Positions 1 through 10,231 of a stretch of 64,000 bases of DNA are shown here, piece by piece; positions within the stretch are counted from its first letter, which is position 1, and every line of letters starts with the position of its first letter. The DNA is from Vermamoeba vermiformis (Eukaryota). The stretch spans positions 124,001 through 188,000 of the forward strand of contig JBEWZL010000163.1 in NCBI GenBank assembly GCA_045837725.1. Direction: 5' to 3'. Below the pieces are notes generated by a model. The model made no database searches. It saw nothing but the letters and a program-made list of their open reading frames with translations, and had not been told where the DNA came from. The position numbers and the translations under genes were made by a program.

Positions 1-73
1 CTAACATATTCATCGCGGATCCAACGGGCAAAATTCCTGAAAAATAAATGTCAATAATACAAATCATTTGACA

Positions 74-679
74 TCAATTATTAATACCTGTATTTAATAA
101 ATCTGATATTTCTACAGTCTCTTTATTCTTCTGCGAGTGTCTAGGACTGCGCCTGATTTTGTCTTCGGCCAGATCTAAAGGCTGCAATGATTTTTTCTCG
201 GGAGTTACTGGTTCTTTAACCGGTGATTTAGACGGTGGGATTAGTTCTGCTATAAACTCGCTCTCTGATTCGTCTATTGCGACATTATTAGGATTTTCTT
301 CCTCGTCTGCTGGCTTGGCTGAATTGCTTGACGCGGTTGATTTTGATGAATCCAGAAAAGATAGTGTTTTTGACTTCCAAAAATCAACAGGGCTCCTCTT
401 TGATATTTCTGGAATATTATCGAACGGTCTTTCGCTTTGTGATGAATTTTGTTCGCTTTTTGAGCTCGGATTTGTTACTTTTTCAATTATTTCATCGTAA
501 TCATCTTGAGAACCGTGTGATATATTTTCTACTAAAAATGATAAGCCTCCTACTGATTGGGAATGCGAATTTTTTGGCTGCGTTTGGATCGGCGGTGAGA
601 TCGAAGCAATTTTTTCTTCACTGCCCGGATTTGATTGAATATCCTCAATGCGGTTGTGAAAACTAGCTTGAGACTCCAT
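74..679 (-). CDS. 5' exon of an unknown S/E/P/K-rich (disordered) protein; probably continues through introns beyond the left edge of the window
   Basis: 201-aa low-complexity ORF. It ends in intron-like sequence (a GT donor near 87). No domain recognised. Confidence 0.5.
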   Translation of the reverse strand: MESQASFHNRIEDIQSNPGSEEKIASISPPIQTQPKNSHSQSVGGLSFLVENISHGSQDDYDEIIEKVTNPSSKSEQNSSQSERPFDNIPEISKRSPVDFWKSKTLSFLDSSKSTASSNSAKPADEEENPNNVAIDESESEFIAELIPPSKSPVKEPVTPEKKSLQPLDLAEDKIRRSPRHSQKNKETVEISDLLNTGINN

Positions 680-903
680 AATAAATAATAAAATTACAAT
701 AAATTACAACATCAAGTGTGTTATGCCGTTGAAAGTGGTTTGAAAAAGAGCGGCAAAAAAATCTGACCGAATAAATCAAGCCAACAATATACAATATTTG
801 AGCACAACAAGTCCCGCATAATATTTTAGAAGGCTCAATATTCAAAATATGGTCATAACCCTAAGCAGACTAATCAAATCTTCAACTTAATTCAACAAGC
901 GTC

Positions 904-3814
904 ATGGAGCCAGCAACCAAGAAACCAAAGTAACTATAACATTCTAATTATTAATTATTATTAATTATTATAATAATAAGCCAATGCATCTCAGGTTAAA
1001 CACATCCGGTAATGCAGCAACAGAGACTCTGCATCTGAGTACGGCCTTTCTTTTCAATCATATCTCGAACACCACTAATTTATTATTAATTATTATGAAG
1101 CGTGCGAGCATATTCACATCGATACAAGCATTTACGACGAACTGATCAGTTCTCCGAATTCACGTTTCATCATCAACAACAACAAATGGCTGATCATCAA
1201 CATGCAATACATATGGGAGTTCATACCAAGTAATTAAACACTTCATATTTCATTTTATCCTGCTGATCTTTGCCAGCTCGTGTCAAGTTCATCAAACGAA
1301 CTGAAGTTCCCTCCAGCGACGCTTTAACTCGCTTGTTTCAGGTGGTATCCGATGAAGAAAATAATCAAGTGATATTCTTGGGCCTATCTGCGTTCTACGT
1401 GCTGAGTACTGGTATGTAATAAAAGGATCCACATCCAACGACTTAACTTTTTTCGTTACAGACAGTTGGAAATGGACTCAATACGACAATATAATTAAAG
1501 CACCTATCAACGTACCGTATTGTGCTTCGGGTAGCTTCATATTCAGCTATGATAACGACAAATTGTTTCGCGGTACTTTGCCATTCAACGGAGATCTCGA
1601 AAAAATCGAAACCTTAACACGCGTTAATAATAATAATTTGAATATTAATTTTCCGTGGAGTAATAGCGCCGTTTTATATTATGGCCACTATTACTTCATC
1701 AACGCTGTTCATGAGGATAACGTGCACATCCGGTTTAATTTATTCAAACTTTGTATGACCAACAAAGGTAATTATTTAAATTATAAATAATAACATATTA
1801 ATGATATATTATACAGAATTCGTTGATCTCGGGCAAATAGCCGAATGTAGCCATGGCACTTTTGTTTTTGGATGTGTTCGAGAAAACAAACTGTACTTTG
1901 TTAGCAGCAACAACGAGTTGTTGATTATTTCCAAATTTGGTAATTGCGATGACCAAACACTCCAATACTCTGCTAACAATTCTTTTAAAGGTGCAGAAGG
2001 ACTCGACTGCAAAGTGCTGAAATTCCCTCCAACGCCATTTCTTCGGCGTGCAGTGCCGCGCTATATCGGAGATTTTCCGCCACTCCACTTGTATTTTGCA
2101 TTTGACGGCACTAATTTGGTGCTGTTCGACAAGCGTCAAATGACATTTTTGACACTTGACTTGGACACGTATTCGTGGAGCGAGCCAATCATATTCGAGG
2201 TCAGGCCTAACATTAAATTATATACCTATCGATATATATTAAATATACCTACTTAATTAGGATTATCCCCCGCCACTACTCAACCACATTAATGGAAAAT
2301 GGATCCCGTGGAAAAACACCGGTTTATTAATTACCGGAGATCTGTCCGCAGTATTCTTATTCGATTCTAGTATGCGACTATATACTCAGAATTAATTGCT
2401 TATTTAATGCGTCAAAACATAGAAACTTGGACTTGGACGACCAAACACTGTTTTCATCAACCAAATATACAATTGCTGCACGGTACTGTCATTACTCAAA
2501 TACGTACTATTCACTAATATCACTATGTATTATAGGCGCTATTCACGAAGATCGCTTGTACGTGTGCGGCAGGCCGCATGAGTCCTACACCCAAGAAAAA
2601 CCTCCGCTGGAATTTCACTGTCTAGATCTGAGTACGCGTCACAATTGCCTTATTAATATTTAAATAGTGGCATTAATCATTGCGAATAGAAACTTGGATC
2701 TGGACCAAACCACCGAGCCTTGACTACTACGGCTGGAGCGACATTGCCTCGATAGTCGTCGTAGATAATACACTCTATTTAATTGGTGCATACAACTCTT
2801 ATAAAAACAAATTATACGATTGGGCGGCATTGAATTTAGGTATTAAATTACTTGCTATTTTACCATTAATATTTCTAAATTTAGAAACTAAATCTTGGAC
2901 GAAGTCTCTCAGTGCGAGTAATACAAAAAATTTAACGCACCATATTGCTGGATACTGTTCTGCAAATGTACGTTCATGAACGCTGAAATTTTATTTAAAA
3001 AATTAACTAACCGTTTCATCCTTAGCATAGCATTTATATGATACACCGCCTGTACCTCGCGACATTATCACTGCACGACAATAAACTGAGCACCATTGAC
3101 AGTGCATTCGTTGGCGCCCAGCCAGAGACGCACTTGACCCCGTGTCACGAGGGCTTGTTGCTCATTGGTGGCACTCCCGACGGTATCAAACTGTTCAGTC
3201 GACAGGTGTCTACCAAAAAGATACGCTTCCTGGACACGAGTATGTAAAAAAACAAATTTGTTGTTGTAATTCTAATCATTACTACTCATACAGCAACAAA
3301 CAGCTTCAAAAATATTACCTGGAAAGGAGATGAACACGTGATTAATGGCCCATCATTGTCGGTGCAGCTGAACGGTGAAGTGTTTGTCCTCAACAAATAC
3401 AGCAAAACGATGTTTCGGTATTGTAAGTCAAACACGACCACGATCATATAATATATATCGTGACCACTAACAACGTATCGAGTTAAAGACGCTGTTACGG
3501 ACGTGCAAGTCAAGTCGCTGCAGCACTTAGCGACAACAGCGCTGTGTGGCTATTTAGGTGAGTGTTTTTGACACGTGATTTGATGACACTTTTGGTTTGA
3601 CACGTGTCAATTGTTTTCAGACATGGACAACGTGTTCACACTGCTCGACTACTCGGTCAATCTGCGCAACAGAGTGCTGCAACAAGGCTGCATTGTATTT
3701 TTGAAGAACAACACGCTGAAACTGATGCAGCGCATTGACGAGATCAATCAGTTGAGTCCTGAGATCAAAGACATCTTGGCTGCTACATTTACTTATCTGC
3801 CAATTGGGCAATAA
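904..3814 (+). CDS. Multi-exon beta-propeller (Kelch-like) protein with a C-terminal BC-box-like/BACK-like helical region, paralog A
   Basis: ATG at 904 (MEPATKKP). Many GT-AG introns. Exons contain Kelch-like motifs (LYVCG, WIWTK, LYLIG, LLLIGG). C-terminus reads VKSLQHLATTALCGYLDMDNVFTLLDYSVNLRNRVLQQGCIVFLKNN. Confidence 0.6.
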
Positions 3815-4035
3815 ATACGGTGTTGAATGGTCGAGATTTTTCTTGTAAAATCACCTACCAACATATGTTGCCCTTAGTGTTCTCCAGCATATCCCAACTG
3901 GAGATAGGTGATTTAGTGCTAGTCGGCAAACCGGCAAAAGGTCGGCGTTGAAATCGGACGTCGGTTTTTCAGTCTGGGATCGTATCGTTTTTCATAAACG
4001 GGACGCACTGTGCAACAAAAATACATTTTACGCAA

Positions 4036-4077
4036 ATCGAAAGGTATTGTAAAAACCCAGTTGGGTATATTTCATTT
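4036..4077 (+). repeat. Left terminal inverted repeat of the transposon
   Basis: ATCGAAAGGTATTGTAAAAACCCAGTTGGGTATATTTCATTT matches the reverse complement of 10164-10205 at 40 of 42 positions. Confidence 0.92.
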
Positions 4078-4088
4078 ATTTTAGATAA

Positions 4089-7000
4089 TCATTTGCTCAA
4101 TCTCTTCTTTTCATAGTCAGCCCATACTTCATTCTTGCTTTGGTCTGCATCTATGAAGCAATTACGTGGCTCCCAGGACTGTTGTCCTCCATCCCAAAGT
4201 ACCAGCCATTCTAACTTACGTCCAACTTTTCGGTGGTCTATAATACTTTTAACTACCCATTCTGCCTCATCTGCAAACAAAAATGAGTTACAATTAAGTA
4301 TAAACCTACGATTTACCTTCAACCTGTCGTTTACGCTTCTTTAAATTGACCATTGTTGGTTCTTTTTCTGATGAGACCACAAGCTCTGGTACTTCACGTT
4401 TAACTTGGCCAATCTGGAACAAATCTGTCACAACTTTCACTTCTTCTGTTCTCTCCAGACCTTTGTAATATTCAATGCCCTGTAATGTGTTAGTAACTGA
4501 ATACTAAAGTACAATCCTCACCTTTTCAGAAAGAAATTTAGATGTCTTTGTCACTATTGTGGCTATCAACTCCTTGGACACAGGGTTTGGTTGAAGTGCT
4601 ATAGGTTGGGCTGATGGAGAATGACTAAACACAGATTCTTCAACTTCAATCCATTGTTCATCGAGAGATTTTTGTTTGAACAGGAGTGTTGGAGTGCCAT
4701 CAAGTCCTTTCTTTAGCCAAAAAGCATATTTGTCTTTGTGACCACTCATTGATGAGCAGAATGTGAGAAACCACTTTTTCCAGGAAAGAATGGGCCATTG
4801 GAGTTCATGAATATACACATCCTTGGAATAGATTGACTTTGCAAATGTAATAGCATCATTCATAGTTTCAATAACTTTCCATTGGAAGTAAGTATGAAAT
4901 GGTTGAAATAGTCGGTCAATATCTTCATGTGTGTGGCCAGGTTGTAAATAATGAATGAAAACCTCTTCAAACCACTCATTGTGCACTAGTAATGCTGCAA
5001 ATTGAAGCAAATATTGATTTTTGCCTTCAGCTGCACTGTTATCAACTTGTAAATACAGTGTTGTTGGTCTATTTTGTGGTTGAATTGATAGCAAAGATTC
5101 TTTCAAATGATGGAACAGGAGTGAGATGTAAAAGTCTGCATCTGCAATGTAATCAGACTCCTTGAAAAACACTAACTCTTTCTTGTTCAGCCCATGGTTA
5201 ATGAAGCCTACAAAGCTTGCTTGCAAAAGATTAATATTAGCCCATTCTTTTGGCATTGGATGGTGCTGAGGAAGTTGAAAACTGCCACTTTTGTCTGTAA
5301 TGATGCTCATCTTCAAAAAGGGTTGCTTAATGGCAATATCTGTTCTTTGCCGATACATCTGCCTGTCCTTTGTTATATAATCTATGTGTTCATTCATCTG
5401 CTGTTTCAATTGCAACAGCTTATCTTCTGAAGGGCACTGTAGTCGCCGTTGTTTAATCAATAAACAGGTTGAGCACTTGCCAAGTCGAGTCTCCTTTGGT
5501 CTTTTAACATTCTAAAATCTTTAGCAAAATTGAAAGATGCACATAGTAACTTACTGCAAACCATTTGCGCTTGACCTGCTTGAAAGTTTCATAGCTTGGT
5601 GTGTCAACTCCTGGGTGAAGATTGGCAAATTCTCCAGAAAACAGATTGTACCATTCCTTCACACTTGCATTGGTTAGCAATTGCAGTATCAGAACAAGAA
5701 CTTACGTCATGTGTGATGGTAAGTGAATTTCATCTTTAGTTGGCACATAATCACCATATGTATTGCAATAGTTTTGGATCCAAGCAGCTACTGAGTCTCT
5801 CTTTGGGGAGTCATACACCCGAAAGCAATTACCATGCATATGAGCCTTTGTACCATTTAGGTATTGCTGCTTGCATTGAATAACCTTGTCGACAGACACT
5901 CCATAAACTCTGCAAAATGCAAGCTGACAAACTGATACACCTCCCACCAGGAAAACAACAGCTGGGCTATCAATGTTCATGTTTGTTTCAAAAAATTTCA
6001 TAAGCCACTTGGTTTTCTGACTGTCATTGAGCTCAGCCACCATCTTGCGGCTTTCCAGAATCTGGCTGGTACTGAAGAGTTCAGTACATCTAGCCTTACA
6101 ACAGTTTGTAGCTGCAACTGGAAAGGGTTAGTTACATCTTATATTTGCAAGTTCTAAGTACCTTTGTTAATTGAATCAGCCCCAAGTAACTTTTGTTTTT
6201 TTAATGACTTGAGTTTTTCAGATGGAATGATATTCTTTGTTAGGATTTGGAACAGATTCTGTGAGGCAATTGGGGTACCATCTGGCTGCACTTGCAAGGT
6301 AGTAAATAGGTCTTTTGCATTGATGGCTTTTGAAACAGGTACAGAATTCTAACAAGAGTTAATGCTTAGATAAAGAGCTAAACCAGGTTAAATTACCTGT
6401 CGTTTTAAGTACACAATGTGGTCATAATATATCTTAGATTTGCTTGTTTCAAGTGTTTCAGCCACTGGAGTGGCAATTCCTTCATTTTGCATGCCATCAT
6501 AGAAATACAAGACTGACTGTTGAACAAAATAGCAAGTAGTGTGGGCTCCAGTGCACATCATAACAGCTAATAGGTCATACTGACAATTGTTGACAGTTAA
6601 AACTGGCTCGATGGTTATATTTGGGTTGCTAAATTGCCTTTTGAGTCTTCCTAACTCGATAGTCAAAACTTGTGGCAGCTCCAATGTACCTACACAGTTT
6701 AATATCAAATTCGTTTTCTTCTAATTGAACTTACGATGTTCAACAGGTTGTATGCCACAATCATAGCAGTTGATGGGTAGCTGGCAGTTGTAATCTGCTA
6801 AGTGGTTGAGTGCAGCTTGGAGTGAGAGTGTACTGTCAGTCAGTTTTTCTTCAACAAAAACTGCCGCTTGATGAAATAGCTTTGTTGTTGTAGGACATTT
6901 GCAGTGACTAACAACTTTAAGAGTAGAGGCAAATAATGCTGATTCGGCAATTGACAGAGTTTTGAAAGCTGCCGTTAGTATTGCACCAATTGAGACGTAA

Positions 7001-7286
7001 GTCTTGCAAGGCACCCAACCTACAACAGGACCAAGGGCATCTATCAGATCCAATTTTAATTGGTGTAGCCTGTCACTGGATAGTGGTCCATTATTAATCC
7101 AACTGGTCAATAGTTTAAAAAAGTCACTCTCGAACTTGTGTCCAGGCAATCTTTGCAGCACTAGCCGAAGAACAAAGCCAACTGTCTCAATAGTGCATAG
7201 GTCATTCATATCTACCATTGTTAGGTTGTTCTATTAATAGTGCTTATCTTACTGTTAGAGCCCCATTGAAAGCCTTGGAATGTCAT
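4089..7286 (-). CDS. Transposase fusion protein of about 948 aa: USP-like protease domain, Cys-rich/HTH region, DDD RNase-H-fold transposase, chromodomain
   Basis: Hand-spliced exons 7286-7253, 7211-6735, 6689-6397, 6348-6162, 6117-5706, 5663-5555, 5511-4522, 4479-4317, 4270-4089. All 8 introns are GT-AG and 41-48 nt, phases agree, and there are no internal stops. Motifs: YDLLAVMMCTGAHTTCYF..LYFYDGM; CCKARC; VCQLAFCRVYGVS; RLGKCSTC; SIITDKS / LYLQVDNSAAEGKNQY / GHTHEDIDRLF; EWVVKSIIDHRKVGRKLEWLVLWDGGQQSWEP. Confidence 0.85.
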
Positions 7287-7401
7287 TTTCCTGAAGTAAC
7301 AGTATTAACGAGCTGCACATTAATAGTGATTTTTAAAATCAATACGGTTGATCAATTTTGTATCATTATATGATGATCAATAGCATAGAATAATAAGAGT
7401 T

Positions 7402-7696
7402 GTTCGGCAAAGTAGTGCTGTTTTACATCAGCAGCAAGAGGGCTGATGATACCACTGTGAGCCCCTACGATTTTAGCTAGCCATAACAGTGCCATATATA
7501 TATTAGATGCAATGAATAACAGCCAGCATTATATTTAGTTGAGTTCGGCAAAGTCGTGCTGCGCGCGCAGTTGAAGTTAAAGTCACATAACGTCAGTGTT
7601 GGGCAATCATGATTTTTCTTACCAAAATCAATTGCATATATAAACTACATGAGGTATTATAATACCATATATATACTTAATAGAGTTCGGCAAAGT
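7402..7696 (+). repeat. Three copies of the 12-bp motif GTTCGGCAAAGT spaced 141-142 bp apart, in the spacer between the two transposon genes
   Basis: Exact copies start at 7402, 7543 and 7685. Confidence 0.75.
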
Positions 7697-8544
7697 CTAG
7701 GTAAGGCACAGAAATTGTCAAAACAGATGGCCCGAGAGAACTTTACTTGCATTAACTCAATAGTCCAGCTACTGCCATTACTAATAGCATAAATAATTGT
7801 AAGCACAATGACTAGGGATAGGAGTGACTTCAATTCTCTTTTACTCATGAGTAGTGGATCTTGTCAGATCTAGATCGGCAGAACTGAACTAGCAAAACTA
7901 GCTTTAAAATATATATCAAAGCATTAGTATTGCTCATTGTATATGTACAAAGGCATATACCATGTTTGAAACAATTTGGTTAATTAGTAATGATACTATA
8001 GATTGAAAACCCTCTAACGGCAAGGATTTGACTGGTGCACGAGACAGAACAGATACTAGGCCTTTTGAATATGCAATTATCAGCCCCAAAATAATAGATA
8101 TAGGATATATATAATATAAGCAGCATACATATGTTATTATTATGTATTATGTTGATACCTAACAATTTCCGAGCTGGATATGAAATTATGCCGATCAATT
8201 TTCTCCTCAAAAATTCAAAATAGCCATTGAACTAGCATATTTAAATTATTATAAAGCATATATAATTATAAATTGATATATGGCTTCATATGTAATAATT
8301 TCCGAGCAACATGAAAAGTTAAATCCACCTTGACTTACATTAGTTTTGAATCCATTGAGTTGTCTTGATAATGATGTGTTGATTGAGGTATATAATAGGT
8401 GATCTGAACTATAGGTGTTGTTTAATGTTATTATTGGAATGAAATAATGGTCAGATAACTTCTCAGTAGCAAGAGCCCTGGTTAATTTCCTTTTATGGGT
8501 AACCAAATCCAATTGTCCTCGGAAATCATTACATGAACACCACA

Positions 8545-10001
8545 ATGAGTGAGGATACTGACAAGGTATTAATTGACAACCCTACTGCTGCATCAGTTGA
8601 CAGTGAAGCCCAGCAGCCAAAGCAAAATCCCCCGCCCAGTCCAAAATCCACTCGGGAATCATTAATAGCTGGTAATTAACTCTCTTAATTATTCTATAAT
8701 TTTCCCAACATTATGATGTCTCTTTATTTATAAGGAAACTAATTTTTAATGGCTAGAAGAAAAAATTGAGTCCCTCGATCCTGATCGGCAAACCAAAATT
8801 CCTATTGGTAATTCCAATAATGAAGGTACATATTAATTTATTATTGTAAGTATTACTCATACATAAATCAATTATAGTAAGCAATGACAGTGTCCAAGAA
8901 GAAAAATCATCCTTCGGCGGGCTGAACTCTGCCGACAACAAAGGTAAGTAATAAGGCATTGTTGGATCAACTCTGACTTGTTGCTGATTTAGAGGTATAT
9001 ACTGAGTTCTACAAGTACCACGGAGAGCCTTGGAATGGCAATTATTATTGTAAAGTGACTCGGCGGGTAGATGACTTTGCTGTCGAAGTTGGAGATACAG
9101 TGGTTGTAAAAAATGTCATTGGCTTGCACACAGTGCTATTCATCATTCGCAATAAGCAATTCAACAAGGTTCTCCTTGCAGATCCTTCCCTTAAATCTGT
9201 AATTGAAGTCAAGTTCAGTGACGTCGAGTCAGTTGAAGGCAAAGCTAGCAACAGTCAAAAGGAGTGTCTGGATGAATTGTTTAAGGCTTATTATGCAGCA
9301 AAGGTATGTCAGAAACAATATATACCTATTTATTTACATTGTCCAGACTAGAAAAGTCTCTCCAAAGCCTATTGTGAAAACAGAGCCAGCAAAAAAGGCT
9401 TCTAGGACCCAGCCAGTACGTGCCTCAAGAACACCGGTAAAGCCTGCTACACCAAGTAAAAAAGGTAGCAAATTCGTTATATCGATAGGTTTTGACAAAG
9501 ACATTTACAGGAGCAAGCAAGGGACTTGTTGCTAAAGATCAGAAGAGACCTACTGCTGTAGTAGAGCCTTCTTTGGTCAAACGACGACAATTGCAAAGTT
9601 TGTCTGCATCAGAGTCAGAAGATGAAGTTATCCCACTTAAGAACAAGACAAAGCCCATTCACAAGCCAATGTTACCAAAGCTCCAACCACCACAAGCTGC
9701 ACCCACTGCTGCCACTAACACAACTGAATTAGTTGGAGCTCCATCTGTCCACTTGAGTCCTCAAACTACAGGACTGCATAGTACAGGATTGACACCCAGC
9801 CCAGTTACCACTTCTGTGTTGAATACTGCAAATAATTCAAGCAACCAATATCTCCAAAGTATACTTGAATTGCAGCAAATGCAGCACAGACACTCTATGG
9901 CACAGCAACAGGCCCAGTTCATGACAATTCTACAACAACAGCAGCAAGCAGAGGCAGACAGCTCATTCCGTACTGCCTTCTTACTCGCAAACAAACTTTG
10001 A
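8545..10001 (+). CDS. Second transposon-borne gene (about 393 aa) with a BAH-like or other beta-barrel region and a basic/Q-rich disordered tail
   Basis: Hand-spliced exons 8545-8671, 8757-8825, 8878-8943, 8993-9303, 9347-9464, 9511-10001, in frame with GT-AG introns (an in-frame ATG at 8533 is an alternative start). Core reads YYCKVTRRVDDFAVEVGDTVVVKNVIGLHTVLFI...VEVKFSDVESVEGKA. Confidence 0.7.
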
Positions 10002-10163
10002 TATTTATTCTGGTGTTAGAAATTTAATAAACTGAAGTTCAATCTTACATCAAGACAAGCAAGCTGCACACTATGCTATTGCAAAGAACACTATGGTTGA
10101 CCTCCTAAGATCTACAATGAAAAAGAAAGATCATCTCTATCCTCAGAAGAACAATAGAAAAGC

Positions 10164-10205
10164 AAATGAAATACACCCAAATGGGTTTTTACAATACCTT
10201 TCGAT
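10164..10205 (-). repeat. Right terminal inverted repeat of the transposon
   Basis: AAATGAAATACACCCAAATGGGTTTTTACAATACCTTTCGAT is the inverted partner of 4036-4077. Confidence 0.92.
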
Positions 10206-10231
10206 GCAAACAAATTTGTCTTATCCCAACA

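Larger units (their letters stand above)
4036..10205. mobile_element. Intact-looking 6,170-bp cut-and-paste DNA transposon (Sola-like/DUF7869-type DDD transposase) carrying two divergent genes
   Basis: 42-bp TIRs at 4036-4077 and 10164-10205 with 2 mismatches. GCAA is directly repeated at 4032-4035 and 10206-10209. Contains a transposase gene and is sharply CpG-poor compared with the flanks. Confidence 0.9.

Noticed and set aside
159-666. Plus-strand ORFs 159-500 and 328-666, and the many other ORFs antisense to called genes throughout the window
   Set aside because: They are shadow frames opposite better-supported coding exons and contain no recognisable motifs.
3597-3610. TTGACACGTGTCAA palindrome in introns (also about 12909, with variants at about 42009 and 53641)
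   Set aside because: Two copies come from the gene duplication. The others are short and may be chance matches or a compositional bias.
7402-7696. Regularly spaced short repeats as a possible CRISPR-like array
   Set aside because: The repeat is only 12 bp, the spacers are about 130 bp, there are three copies, there are no cas genes, and the context is eukaryotic. Kept only as a candidate binding-site array.
7657-8545. Short ORFs (7657-7848, 7980-8210, 8249-8545) in the middle of the transposon
   Set aside because: AT-rich, no motifs, and no splice path I could build. More likely promoter or UTR sequence, though small upstream exons cannot be excluded.
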